A DNA stretch of 64,000 bases from Ylistrum balloti (lineage: Eukaryota). Position 1 is the stretch's first letter. Each line of letters begins with the position of its first letter. The notes under the pieces were generated by a model, which had not been told where the DNA came from, searched no databases, and was given only the letters and a program-made list of their open reading frames with translations. The stretch is from NCBI RefSeq assembly GCF_031769215.1, contig NW_026781978.1, positions 1,860,001-1,924,000 of the forward strand, given 5' to 3'. The position numbers and the translations under genes were made by a program. Of the stretch, positions 1 to 15,100 are shown piece after piece.

Positions 1-1646
1 TTGTCTCGTTTGGCACCGAGCTGTAAGGGTTGTCGGTGCCGTGTCGTCACATGTGTGCGTTTTATTCGGCTATGTCGGGTTATCATCTCTAAATTCAGGT
101 CTTGTTGATCGATTGATGTTTCTCACATTGTTTTTAGACAAATGTTATTTTCAAGTTTTTGTTTAGGCCTGTAGTAAATCCTAGCTTTGTGAAGCACTAA
201 CGGATGGTACACCTCCTGCTCTACTACAGCGCAAAAGTATCAGGTTAGAGCTGAATTTCTTTAAAACCTTGATCACTGACATCTGACAGTTGATTTTCGG
301 AAGCAGCAATTTTCATGAGATGCTACTGTTTATTAATCTCAGTTTTTGTAACATATTCATAACGTCTTCATGACTATATGTAAGTCGAGCATATTGTTCA
401 ATATGCTATCAAGAATAGATAAAGCCAATTATTATTGTTATTATTATCATTATTATTTATGAAGATTTTAAAGTATTTAATGATATCACCTTCGTCGCTA
501 AGCCAAGCTATGTGATACTATGGTGATTTTTTCCCATTTATAGATTGGTACATGTATGTATTCCCAACCTATACGTGTAAAAGACATCGTGGCATCGATC
601 TGATATTCTAGGGCTTGTTCTAAATATCACAATTTTCGATCAAGATGTCGTCAATGGACACTGACAACATAGGTTTCGAGTGACGCAGGTTGAAGATGAT
701 TATTATGGGAAAGTTTTGTTGTCGTCATAATTATCTCATTTAAAAATATTCTATGTCTTTGTACGTCATGATGCAGGAATTGTTTGAAGATCGTTGGTTT
801 GTCTGTTGATTCCGTTGTTGTTTAACGTGTTTTCATTTGGAAGTATGACATTACTTTCATGGATTGACCAAGATTTACATGTCGGGCTTCGTCGAAGAAG
901 CAGAAGATGCTAACTCTTCCGGAACACTCTTATCTTTGTATTTTTTTGAAGAGTCTTCATGTTAATATTTCTTTTGATTTATGCTGTGTTTGAATGATTA
1001 TTCTGTTAACAAGTTGTTATTTCTTTGTTATTTTTGTTGGCACCATGTTCCTGAATATACCTAATGTGTACATTAAATAGAATCGTTGTAAGAGGTATCT
1101 GACTCTATGTTGAAATTACTTGTTTTGAAGTTGATCTTAATCATATATTCCGATATCAATGCTATGAAACAATGCAATATTAATCCACATGCTAGCTACA
1201 TATATAAACATACACTTGATATTGAGATAGAAACATAGCTTTAACAATAATATAAGAAGTCTTTTACAAACACAATTAACTTAATGCATAGTTACTGTTA
1301 CAATGACAGGTTGTTATATACCACAGTCCGTTAGGGAATAACACGTGTTCATCTTTGTCAAACATATGCAGATTAGTAGATAACATAGATTGATATTGAC
1401 AAACTTAACAGGAACCTAGAATCAATGACATGGCCGCGCGGTGACAACGGTTTGATATGAAAAAAATGTTAAGTGTGTGAAAGGAAAGGTAAATGAATAT
1501 TCATAACTTGAGCAGAGAGTTAACGAGCAGTTACGAAAGTGCTACCGATTATCCGTCAAACCAGCACAGACATGCTATAGGATAGACTGAAATGTATGAT
1601 GGACTCGATCACGAAATGGCGGTATAAATGAGTAACCGTTTATATC

Positions 1647-4560
1647 ATGTCACCAAACGTATGTAACAATCCGAGTTACAGTGTCACCAAACGTATGTAA
1701 CAATCCGAGTTACAGTGTCACCAAACGCATGTAACAATCCGAGTTACAGTGTCACCAAACGTATGTAACAATCCGAGTTACAGTGTCACCAAACGCATGT
1801 AACAATCGGAGCTACATTGCCACAACACGTACCTAACAATCGGAGTTACAGTGTCACCAAACGTATGTAACAATCCGAGTTACAGTGTCACCAAACGCAT
1901 GTAACAATCCGAGTTACATTGTCACAACACGTACCTAACAATCGGAGTTACAGTGTCACCAAACGTATGTAACAATCCGAGTTACAGTGTCACCAAACGC
2001 ATGTAACAATCCGAGTTACAGTGTCAACAAACGTATGTAACAATCGGAGTTACAGTGTCACCAAACGTATGTACCAATCGGAGTTACATTGCCACAACAC
2101 GTATGCAACAATCAGAGTTGCATTGTCACAACACGTATGTAACAATCCGAGTTACAGTGTCACCAAACGTATGTAACAATCGGAGTTACATTGTAACTAA
2201 ACGCATGTAACAAACCGAGTAACAGTGTCACAACACGTATGCAACAATCTGAGTTACAGTGTCACCAAACGTATGTAACAATCGGAGTTACAGTGTCACC
2301 AAACGTATGTAACAATCAGAGTTACATTGCCACAACACGTATGTTACAATCTGAGTTACATTGTCACAACACGTATGCAACAATCGGAGTTACAGTGTCA
2401 CCAAACGTATGTAACAATCAGAGTTACAGTGTCACAACTCGTATGTAACAATCCGAGTTACAGTTTCACCAAACGTATGTACCAATCGGAGTTACATTGT
2501 AACTAAACGCATGTAACAATCCGAGTTACAGTGTCACAACACGTATGCAACAATCCGAGTTACAGTGTCACCAAACATATATAACAATCAGAGTTACAGT
2601 GTCACCAAACGCATGTAACAATCCGAGTTACAGTGTCACAACACGTATGCAACAATCCGAGTTACAGTGTCACCAAACATATATAACAATCAGAGTTACA
2701 GTGTCACAACACGTATGTAACAATCCGAGTTACAGTTTCACCAAACGTATGTAACAATCGGAGTTACATTGTAACAAAACGCATGTAACAATCCACGTTA
2801 CAGTGTCACCAAACATATGTAATAATCGGAGTTACATTGCCACAACACGTATGTTACAATCGGAGTTACATCGTCACCTAACGTATGTAACAATCCGAGT
2901 TACACAGTGTCACCAGACGTATGTAACAATCCGAGTTACATTATCACAACACGTATGTAACAATCCGAGTTACATTATCACAACACGTATGTAACAATCC
3001 GAGTTACATTGTCACAACACGTATGTTACAATCCGAGTTACATTGTCACAACACGTACCTAACAATCCGAGTTACAGTGTCACCAAACGTATGTAACAAT
3101 CCGAGGTACGGCGTCACCAAACGTATGTAACAATCCGAGTTACATTGTCACCAAACGTATGTAACAATCCGAGTTAGAGTGTCACCAAACGTATGAAACA
3201 ATCCGAGTTACATTGCCACAACACGTATGTTACAATCCGAGTTACAGTGTCACCAAACGTATGTAACAATCAGAGTTACAGTGTCACAACACGTATGTAA
3301 CAATCCGAGTTACAGTTTCACCAAACGTATGTACCAATCGGAGTTACAGTGTCACCAAACGTATGTAGCAATCGGAGTTACATTGTAACTTAACGCATGT
3401 AACAAACCGAGTTACAGTGTCACAACACGTATGCAACAAACTGAGTTACAGTGTCACCAAACGTATGTAACAATCGGAGTTACAGTGTCACCAAACGTAT
3501 GTAACAATCAGAGTTGCCACAACAACCGAGTTACTCGTATGTAACAATCCGAGTTACAGTGTCACCAAACGTATGTAACAATCGGAGTTACAGTGTCACC
3601 AAACGTATGTAACAATCGGAGTTACATTGTAACTTAACGCATGTAACAAACCGAGTTACAGTGTCACAACACGTATGCAACAAACTGAGTTACAGTGTCA
3701 CCAAACGTATGTAACAATCCACGTTACAGTGTCACCAAACGTATGTAACAATCAGAGTTACATTGCCACAGCACGTATGTTACAATCCGAGTTACATTGT
3801 CACAACACGTATGTAACAATCGGAGTTACAGTGTCACCAAACGTATGTAACAATCAGAGTTACAGTGTCACAACTCGTATGTAACAATCCGAGTTACAGT
3901 TTCACCAAACCTATGTAACAATCGGAGTTACATTGTAACAAAACGCATGTAACAATCCACGTTACAGTGTCACCAAACGTATGTAATAATCGGAGTTACA
4001 TTGCCACAACAAGTATGTAACAATCCGAGTTACATTATCACAACACGTATGTAACAATCCAAGTTACATTGTCACCACACGTATGTAACAATCCAAGTTA
4101 CAGTGTCACCAAACGTATGTAACAATCCAAGTTACGGCGTCACCAAACGTATGTAACAATCCGAGTTAGAGTGTCACCAAACGTATGTAACAATCCGAGT
4201 TACAGTGTCACAACACGTACCTAACAATCCGAGTTACAGTGTCACCAAACGTATGTAACAATCGGTGTTACAGTGTCACAACATGTATGCAACAATCCGA
4301 GTTACAGTGTCACCAAACGTATGTAACAATCCGAGTTACATTTTCACAACACGCATGTAACAATCCGAGTTACAGTGTCACAACACGTACCTAACAATCC
4401 GAGTTACAGTGTCACCAAACGTATGTAACAATCGGTGTTACATTGCCACAACACGTATGTAACAATCCGAGTGACATTGCCACAACACGTATGTAACAAT
4501 CCGAGTGACAGTGTCAGCAAAGTATGTAACAATCGGAGTTACATTGTCACCAAAGCATGT
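1647..4560. repeat. 34-bp minisatellite array, about 85 copies
   Basis: Unit GTGTCACCAAACGTATGTAACAATCCGAGTTACA recurs with period 34 (1681, 1715); variant units are interspersed. It explains the ORFs at 2239-3884. Confidence 0.97.
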
Positions 4561-5645
4561 TTGGAATGATGTTAATTACATATATAGACTGATCATTGCC
4601 TTAGTTTTTAAATAAACTATAGATATACGACTGGAAAATACGCTATTAAAATTGCTGACATTAAAGTGATTCTCCGGGATGAAAAAAAGAGTAAATAGAA
4701 GTATGAAATGACATGACAAAATACCGTTGACGGAATTATTTACACCTGACTTCGATATTAGTTCGAGTCGGGAGCATAAACTCAATTAAAAAAATCTCTA
4801 TGTTCGAATCTCCATTGTTCGTGTCACTAACCGTGAAACTGAAGGTAAACACATAATTTGTCACTTTCATTGAAGATAACGAATATTTGATTGACGATTC
4901 ACAATATAAGCTGACTCTGAAAAACGTTAATATGATAATTGATTCCCAACAATAGCCCTGGCAAAGTACACACTATCGATTGGCGGTAGGACGCATTTCA
5001 TGTGTTTATACTTTTAACATACAACTGAAACATTAAATTGAACTGGTTATCTAAAATATGGCGATTTCATTGAAAACACTCATCAAATGGTAATGATCTC
5101 TCATCTTAATGAATTTCATTTCTATTACTATTCATTGATATGTATACCTAATAGACCGATGCATGTATACGGTGATAAGTGGTATCACGTGGTATTCAAT
5201 ATCGATTGGTGAGGCCATTACATATTCCGTTTCTGATTTTACGCTCAGATATATATATATATAATTGATTGCTTATTCTCCATAATCTCCATATCTAAAT
5301 ATGTATATATTGTATTGCGAATTAAAATAAGTTGATGGTGGTCGTTCTCATAGGAAATTTAGGATAATGACCCATTTTTTTTTTCTGAAAAAGACCACAA
5401 CATTTTCTTAAATATCGAAATTTAAATATAAGATTAAAATAATCGTAATCCTCTGAAAATAGGTTGTTTTGAACGCAATGATTTGAACTTGTGTTATTGG
5501 AGACTCAAAACTTGTTTGGGAAAGCTAATGTGTTGTTAAGATAACTTATAGTCAGAATATGAAGTATAAATTAAATTACATTAACGTGAAGAATCCAAAT
5601 CCATTTCATTAGAAAATGACAAGTACAAAAATAACATAAATTTAC

Positions 5646-5786
5646 CAAACAGCACAACCGTATGGTCAAAATATAGCTCCTCGCCCGTGTAGTGTTTGGT
5701 CACTGTCCGCTTACTCTTGCCTTGACCACTTGAGTGATGTTCTGTCCAGTGAACTAAGGCGTAGCCACGGAAACGTAATCGGAGTG
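5646..5786 (-). CDS. Internal exon of an arrestin domain-containing protein (ARRDC/alpha-arrestin, N-domain)
   Basis: Acceptor ttcattccAG, donor GTAAAT, phase 1 at both ends. Translation LRLRFRGYALVHWTEHHSSGQGKSKRTVTKHYTGEELYFDHTVVLF matches the alpha-arrestin pattern (G-x-A-x-V-x-W-T-E ... Y-x-x-x-E-x-Y-F). Absent from the ORF track; neighbouring exons not found. Confidence 0.8.
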
Positions 5787-7219
5787 CTGGAATGAAACGC
5801 CTTAAATCTCAGTCACATTTAAATGCAAATTGAAATGCGGTAACATCGATTATTTCGGTGTAATAAATTGCATCACCATTGCAGTAATGGGGTGACACTG
5901 TTTGTTGTACTAATAAACATCATATACACATTGTGTTGTCATATTCGATTTGTTTTATCATTGCAGTCCAAAATCTTTTATCAGACTCATTGGAACGTTG
6001 CTGATAATTTCGAGGTATATGTAACCCCCAAAGTGATTACCCTTACCTGCAGTTGAACGCTAAGTTGTGGCTCTGTAACCATCTATATGTTTACATACCA
6101 TACTACAAAAAAGTCTTTAAAAATGCAATAAAAATTACAGTTATAAGAGGAACATCAATTGTGACAAAAGAGCAAATTCATCTTGAATAAGTTTAAATTG
6201 AAAGGGGACATAATAACTGCAATATATTTGTCATGGAAAATGGTTTATTGATTCCAACGCGTGCGTGATATTACAAGTGATTTAATTCTCTACCGCCCCT
6301 TTGATGTTGTATGCACCGTGGATACAAGGTAACATTGATGTATCATAAGCACAGATAAGACACTTGTTGATGTCTTCATGGTGTTTCAAAGCATCGTGGA
6401 TGTAAGGATAACAGTATCACGATTCCAAAAGTCAATCAACGCAGACAAATTTATGGATGTTGTGTTGATAATGCTCTTTGAAGAGTTTGCCAGGCAAATG
6501 TGAAAAAAAAAATTATCTTAAAAAATTATTCATAGCTATCTTTTTTTAAAGTTATACTTCTAAAGGAACTGTTACTTAATTGCATTCCTTATAACCACAC
6601 TTTGCAATAACACAAAACACGTCTCATGACTTTTCATTTTGTTCAGTTTAAAATAATATTTGGTAAGAATCTGCAAGATATATAGATAGTTACATGTTGT
6701 TTATGAAATAATTTTATTGTTGATACAAATTAAAACCAAATGGTACAAAAATAGATAACAAAGTAAAATTCAAAAGCATTAAGATCTTCAAACAAATACA
6801 TGTAAACCAGTCATCTTCATAACGTGAAATGGACGCTATCATGTTTACTGTTAATTCACTGTAAATTATATTGAAGATGTACCTATATTGACCTAGTACT
6901 GCTGTCTTCTTCGACGGTTGTATGGCTCTGCATTCTATGTTATATTTTTTGTGTTGTACTAATCTTGTAAATGTTTATATGTACTCATATGCATGCATTT
7001 TTATCTTGTACTTCTCATGTTGTAATGTAGTTAAAACTTTTTTCTTTCATCAATGAATTTTGAATTAATTCCGTTTGTAATAAAAAAAATCATCTTTACA
7101 CGACTCGCGCTGGCACATATTATGTAACAAAGACTTTTCGTCCAATTTGAATCTACATAACGTAATATAACGCTCGACTAGAGAGAACCTCTCTTTATCT
7201 CGATCGGTTCAGTGTAGGC

Positions 7220-7372
7220 TTTACATAACAGACAACGCTAAACTTATCATCCGGATGGGCCCGGATGTAAGCACGGTAGAGATCTAACCGGCATACCCAG
7301 GGGAACCCCACGCGGTCGGTCAGGTAACCCTCACACCTGTTACCACTGCACCATCGAACCACCCATCCCGGG
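7220..7372 (-). mobile_element. Degenerate tRNA-derived SINE fragment (V-SINE-like)
   Basis: The minus strand has an A-box-like TGGTGCAGTGG followed by GTGGGGTTCCCCTGGGTATGCCGGTT, resembling the V-domain core GTGGGTTTCCTCCGGGT.CTCCGGTT. No clear B box. Confidence 0.35.
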
Positions 7373-9677
7373 ATTTATAGTCCATTGGCGGGAAACAATT
7401 ATGATATAATTGCGAAGAATACAAATAATCTAGGTTTTGAATAAATAACCTTTTCAATCAATACTTGTATGGTGAATGGTTCGATATGTTGATCATTGTG
7501 AACGTGTGGTTTCATTTCTTTTAACGTTACCATTTTTCATTTGACCTAGAATTACATTGCAGGTGTTGCCATTAGCCATAATTATGTATTAAACCTGAAG
7601 AATGGAATTTTTTTTTACTTTATCATAGTTGTTTTTACAAGGGTGTTCGTTGTACCTCTACCTTCCATAAGCAATATTCCACTGATATCAACTGAAAATT
7701 GTCAAATAAATCATATTCAGATGTATGTCTGTAGATGTGAAAGTACCACTTTACACTGAAATGATAGCAGTTTATTTTATCATAAAGATATACGGATTTA
7801 GCTAAGGAAAAGCATTAGATATCTTTCCTGTCCTTAAGACGATATTTAGAGTGTAGGATATTTGACCATGAATTGTTTGGATTGTGATAGTTTGACAACA
7901 CAGTCAATCACTGAGCAGCAATCAGGTTCAACGATATCAACTATCTAAATATCTGAGTCTTTGTCAACATTGACACTGAACATTAAGTGAATGGGCTCCT
8001 GTATATGTGTTTTGCATATAGGTTCGTTTGCATTAGTAAGTAGTGACTAAGCCATGTACTTTACATTTGTTTAAAAAAAAAATTAAATTGCTTCCAAGCA
8101 ACAGTCAAAACCTGATTAATTATAACAATTCTAAGAGAATTGTCAATCAAAAATGCCATTTGCTAATGACATCATAAAAACATAAAGAGACCAATGTGTT
8201 TGGAAGGATATATTATTTAACCACCCATGGTCCGATTGGAAACATTACACGCTGTGATCACAATTACAATACGGTAATGTCGATAATTTCGTTATTTTGA
8301 AAAGAGGCAACTACATGAATATGTAAATGAAAATGTTCATCAGGTAGGGTGTTGTGTAATAATAGATGCTTACATGCAAAGTTTATGTATAGAAGCTGAC
8401 ATCACATCCTGGTCTGTAGCTCGGTTAGAGTTAGCGAGTTGATTGTAAATGTCTAAAAGACAACAATGATATATTCCTTTATGTTTATAAAAATGTCAAT
8501 ACAGAGCAGATTAGGTTGTCTTCCTTTTGAGAACCTGCCATTTCTTTGATCGACATACAATTACTTTGGGTGTTTGCTATGAAGCAGACCATGTTTACCT
8601 TTAGGTATAATCTGGTTTAATTAGTTCTTATTGTATCTTTTCTCTGATCTCCTTGTAGTTCTTTCCGTTAGTACATTCTTTGTCGTCATTTTATCAGATT
8701 CCAGTTTGGTTTACAACTTTATTGACACCTCTTTTATACACATTAATGGTTAAACATTAGAATGTTTAAAAACCCAGAAAAAGAACAGCTACATCGGGGC
8801 AATATACGGAAATGCATTAGATAGAAAGCAGCGTACCTCTCACATCATGGTCAATGTGGAAGTCAGCAGATACAAGGCGTTCCCACCTCAAATTCTCAAT
8901 ATTATGATTTCCGAAATAAAAATGTACTGCTGACAGATAAGGAGACAGAACTCAATGGATACATACTGACGAAGAACATAATACACATTTTGGTTATAAT
9001 TATAAACTATTATTTATTTTGTCTTTTGTGACATATTTTAATTTTGTTCCTACTAACATCGCTCATAAGGTTGTGAGACATTACTAAGACTTGATCTAGA
9101 TTTAATTGACATTGTAGCTATACAGTTGAACACTTGCACTCTGTCTGAAATAAAAGTCTTTGTTATCAGGATAGCTACTTAAAACTCTCTTTTTCATAAT
9201 TTGTTTTCTTTAGTTTAAATAACTGTCTTAAATATCTGTTATTTTCAAAATATGAACTTTGCCTAAAAAACTAATAGAGGAATTGTCAACTCTCCAATTG
9301 GAAAGAAAACGGTCGGTTTGTAATGTACATGTAAAATAATAAATAGAAAAATTAAAAATTTATATCAAATTGACATGGCATAAATTTCATTATCGTATCG
9401 ACATCATATCGTAGTATTGTACACCGAAAGAATGGAAGCCCATGACTTTTGCTGTAACAAAATACATTTTACAATAGAAATTCAATAAAAGTGGAACGAT
9501 AATATGAATTTGCCCAGATACGTTTTCAGAGACTAATTGCTTCTAGTCAATATTTAATTTTTTATTAACTTTTCCCCAGTCAACCTTGTCAAAATATGCT
9601 CGAGCTACAAGGTCATGATCTCCCTTTGGAATAGCCTCACAGCCTCCAGTAACAGATTCTATCAACTTATGATATCA

Positions 9678-9679
<2 letters not shown>

Positions 9680-9753
<74 letters not shown>
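9680..9753. repeat. (AG)n microsatellite, about 37 units
   Basis: Perfect AG dinucleotide run. Confidence 0.99.
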
Positions 9754-9756
<3 letters not shown>

Positions 9757-10496
9757 AATGTATTTGTAGAAAGACCAGTTAAAACGATGCTAACTAATAT
9801 TGGCACCATGATCACAAGCAACCATTTTGCAAATTAGATGGTGATACCGTTCTGATATTGACAAAAGCTATATTTCACAAGTAAGCATCTAGAATGATGT
9901 TCATTAAGTCTGTTTGTGATTACCATGTCAATTAAGGACTTGTTGTAAAGCAATTGCATTAATACCAAGCACATGCATGTTAACTTCATCTTAGAAACAA
10001 AATACCTTATTCTCTTAATTATCAAATTACACCTTTCTCCTTAATGGAGATGTGTAAGGCGTTGATTGGAACTATAATTAATTCATTGATCACTTGTTTT
10101 CACTTTTTGACAGATAAGTCGTACCTTGTCCCAGTATATTTTAGTTTGCATAGTAATTTGTCACAGACGACGGTTTTATATTTGTGCACGCTGTCACTCT
10201 CACATATACAATAAACATTGACATTGAGACATCAATGATATTTGAAGTAAGTAGCCCAAAGCCTTCTAACTGTGGCGTTGTGTCACGAAAGAGAAGACGT
10301 ATAATGCAATAGATAAAACTAATTGAAATTACTCAATCTACGGTTTCATCTCAAATACAATAGTAAGAAAGACTTCTGTCGATACCTGATTACTAGGCCC
10401 CTATACACAGGAAAACATTCACCCGGCATATTGGAATATTGTGCTGAAGTATTGATTTAGCATGTATCTGCTGAATTAAAATAATCACATAGTAGT

Positions 10497-12104
10497 TGAT
10501 ACAGTAGACAACATCAGCCCCATTACTTATGTTTGAAATAATACTAGGTGATACAGTAGACAACATCACCCCCATTACTTATGTTTGAGATAATACTAGG
10601 TGATACAGAACACAACATCACCCCCATTACTTATGTTGGAGATAATACTAAGTGACACAGTAGACAACATCACCCCCATTACTTATGTTTGAGATAATAC
10701 TAGGTGATACAGTAGACAACATCACCCCCATTACTTATGTTTGAGATAATACTAGGTGATACAGAACACAACATCACCCCCATTACTTATGTTTGAGATA
10801 ATACTAGGTGATACAGAACACAACATCACCCCCATTACTTATGTTGGAGATAATACTAAGCGACACAGTAGACAACATCACCCCCATTACTTATGTTGGA
10901 GATAATACTAGGTGATACAGTAGACAACATAAGCCCCATTACTTATGTTGGAGATACTACTAGGTGTTACAATAGACAACATCAGCCCCATTACTTATGT
11001 TGGAGATAATACTAAGTGACACAATAGACAACATCAGCCCCATTACTTATGTTGGAGATAATACTAGGTGATACAGTAGACAACATCACCCCCATTACTT
11101 ATGTTGGAGATAATACTAGGTGATACAATAGACAACATAAGCCCCATTACTTATGTTGGAGATAATACTAGGTGACACAATAGACAACATCAGCCCCATT
11201 ACTTATGTTGGAGATAATACTAGGTGATACAGTACACAACATCACCACCATTACTTATGTTGGAGATAATACTAGGTGATACAGAACACAACATCAGCCC
11301 CATTACTTATGTTGGAGATAATACTAGGTGATACAGTACACAACATCACCCCCATTACTTATGTTGGAGATAATACTAAGTGACACAGTAGACAACATAA
11401 GCCCCATTACTTATGTTGGAGATAATACTAGGTGATACAGTAGACAACATAAGCCCCATTACTTATGTTGGAGGTAATACTAGGTGATACAGTACACAAC
11501 ATCAACCCCATTACTTATGTTTGAGATAATACTAGGTGATACAGAACACAACATCAGCCCCATTACTTATGTTGGAGATAATACTAGGTGATACAGTACA
11601 CAACATCAACCCCATTACTTATGTTTGAGATAATACTAGGTGATACAGAACACAACATCACCCCCATTACTTATGTTGGAGATAATACTAGGTGATACAG
11701 TAGACAACATCACCCCCATTACTTATGTTGGAGATAATACTAGGTGATACAGTAGACAACATCACCCCCATTACTTATGTTGGAGATAATACTAGGTGAT
11801 ACAGTAGACAACATCAGCCCCATTACTTATGTTTGAGATAATATTAGGTGATACAGAACACAACATCAGCCCCATTACTTATGTTTGAGATAATACTAGG
11901 TGATACAGAACACAACATCAGCCCCATTACTTATGTTGGAGATAATACTAAGTGACACAGTAGACAACATCACCCCCATTACTTATGTTGGAGATAATAC
12001 TAGGTGATATAGTAGACAAGATCACCACCATTACTTATGTTGAAGATAATACTAGGTGATACAGTAGACAACATCAGCCCCGTTACATATATTGGAGATA
12101 ATAC
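10497..12104. repeat. 52-bp minisatellite array, about 31 copies
   Basis: Unit GATACAGTAGACAACATCACCCCCATTACTTATGTTGGAGATAATACTAGGT; period 52 (10501, 10553). Confidence 0.97.
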
Positions 12105-15100
12105 TTATTAACCATCTGTCGGCGATATGAACTATATGTTGACATGTTGAATAAATTCTTTCAATCGATAGTGACACCCGAAAGCAATTGTGTCAATAGG
12201 ATACTTGTACGTAGTGAAAATAGCAACATGGAAAGTAGATAATAACACTATTATATTATTTATGGGTGATTTCATGTTACATGTTTGTCACTTCCTCATT
12301 TCCAGAAAAATGAACCGACTTTTATCGATATGTTTATGATCGGTAAAATGCATACAGAGAGTTCTTGAACAATGCACCTTTAAGTTATCGCAAATTGAAC
12401 AAGAAGTCACAATATTTATACCAGAATCACAATTTAAGGACATATATAAGGTACATATGTATATGCAAAGTTGAAGCAACTAAATAAAGAAAGTATCTAT
12501 CAGCACTACACATAATGGTTGAAGATTCTAAGGTATTATATTGTTTGTGCCAATGGACAAGATAACCTATCCCGGTTGCTCTCGATGACAAGCGATGGTT
12601 CTCTGTATGTTGTTCAGTGAGACAACTACCAAATAGCAATTACAAGGATAGACCGCCTCAATTATGGCTTTGGCTGTTTACGGAGAATGAGGTAAAAACC
12701 AAGCAAAAAAGCGATTGCATTTGCATCATATTTACTTGAAAAGAAACTTAAATGTACAATTGTAGTTCACCTTCACACTTTAATGTTTTCATCTAGATGC
12801 ATTAGAATGAAATGAACAGCTGGTTAATATAGTCAGATACGTTGATGGCGATCTTCTGAAATATGTATTTACATACGAGTTGTTAGCTGAACGAGTACCA
12901 TGATACAAATCTAGGCTCTGAAAGCTAGAAGAATATTGGCCGTGTGATAATTATCAATATCACTAATAAAATGAATCATCTAGTGTTTGGTCGTGTCATA
13001 GATAATCCATGGCTTAAAAATCACTAAACACTAAAGTGGTAGTTACTTATTGTTCGCGTATAAGATGAGCTGCGAGGAACGTCAACACTTATTTCAAAGA
13101 AAATCACCATCCAATTAAAGAGATAACCTCTTCAAGAAAACCTTGTGGTATCCTTCTCGTGCATGTTTGCAAAGATCTCCTTGTAAATCTTTCTTTTTGT
13201 TTTCAAAGACTTCTATGTGAATCTTTCTTTTCTTCATATTTCGATCCAAAAATTTCATATCATAATCAGAATTTGATAACATGTCAGTATTTTCTGATTG
13301 TTTTCAATACAATCGTTTTTTTTATGAATTGAAATTAATATATGTCAATGAAATGTTTTGTGTTATTTGCCCCAGTAGTTCTACTTGCTGCCCTTACACA
13401 CACCTAGGATGATTTCGTAATATTCCTGTTATTATGACGCTGTTTTGTGTTTTGTAGTATTTTCCTTGATTCACAGACATGGAAATATCGGTGAGGCATT
13501 GATAATAGTATGTTGGCAATCGATGGTATCGATAGTCATTGGCCGTTTCTTAATGCAGTGTTAAGGAGTTTCCGGAAGTTAATTCAACATATTGTACACA
13601 TCATCATTGATGAACAAACAATCATTGCTACTCCAGCGATTTCATAGGAATTAATTACACGTAATTGGACAAAAGAGTTCTTTTAAGGTCTCTTAGAGAC
13701 CACAACGTATCTAGCGAACACGTATTCTACATGACATAATTAAACATTAAGAACTAGTGAGCGTTAAGTGGAATGGATTCTAAGTGTGTAGCAATTAACT
13801 TCATCAATTTGAAATGAAGTTGTAATGTTATTAAGTCCATGACAATTGACAACGGTTGTGAATCGGGTAAATGAAGAAGATTCATGAAAAGCGCAAACGG
13901 GGAAAATAATATAAAGATTCCATTTGCCAAGAAGTGCATATCAAGCGGTGAAAGGTCTTACCCCGTAAACCATATTTATATTGATGCAGACAACGTATTT
14001 TTTTTCGTATGAAGGTATTGGATATTGTAAAGCACATTTATTGAAGAGATCGATATATCTCGGTATTATTTGAAAACGGTGTTTCGGAGTGTCAAATCCA
14101 AATGACCACGTCATTGTATCTATGCAGAACGTAAGATTTAAAAGTTTCGGTGAAAAGTATCTCCAGCTGATAGATTAAAAAGGAGTATGAACAAGAACAT
14201 TATTGGGAAACCCATGATCTTCTTAATGAATGTTATATCTCCTTGTTCGATATGACTTTGGTTATGTTCAATGTTCGTGGCATGCCTTGAGATTTCATTG
14301 ACGTGAAGCTCGTTGTCATTCGAGAACTTACTGATGTCGTCTGGAAGGCAAAGTCTTCCTATCTTTACCCCTTTTTAAGGGCTTCCTGGTAATTTTTTCT
14401 TTCTTAAAGCGTTGGCCTCTTTGTATCAATTTTGAGTTTGAACTACAATTTTGTTAAGATGTTGGTATTTACTTGATAATTATCAAACAGAATATCATGC
14501 ATCTTTTATCTCCAGTAAAAGGTAATAAGCTGTCTCTAAAGATATCAAACAACCAAATGTTTGTCTCAGGTCGAAAACTATTGTCAAAGTCTGGTATTTC
14601 AAGCTGCAGAACGAGTTTTCTGTTGTATATAACATAATAATTTAGGATATTATGCAAGATCGTTCTTGTATCTTATCTTCAAGCTGAATTGCTAAAACAA
14701 GTTTCAATAAAAAATTCGATTATAAAATTCGTTACGGACAATAAAAAATCTAGACTGAACTAAAAAAAAAGAATGTTAATATGATATTGTATAAAACCAA
14801 TCTAAACCAATCCTGACCCCAGTTTCATGGATCTTCATTAAATTCAGGAATTGTCCTTACTTTGAAATAACCCCGAGGTTATTGCAAAAGGTAAGGAAAT
14901 TCCTTTCAATTCAAGTTTTTCCCCTTATTTTTGGTAATGATTTTCTATGGTAGTTAGTTATCCGTTAAACAAGGGCCATGACCGGTCATTGCGTTAATTA
15001 GTTGTTTAATGACTCTATCCCTAAGTTATCATTACTATCCGGTTCAATGATTTCTTTTCGTATTACAATACACGTAGTTAGATATGAGAAGTGTTAGTAA

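Noticed and set aside
1647-4560. CRISPR-like array (palindromic repeats of about 34 bp)
   Set aside because: Units are contiguous with no unique spacers, there are no cas genes, and the context is eukaryotic. The same applies to the 52-, 41- and 31-bp arrays.
12814-12846. hAT transposase relic (EQLVNIVRYVD)
   Set aside because: Resembles the hAT motif EQLS..IRYVD but covers only 11 residues with no supporting flanking motifs.
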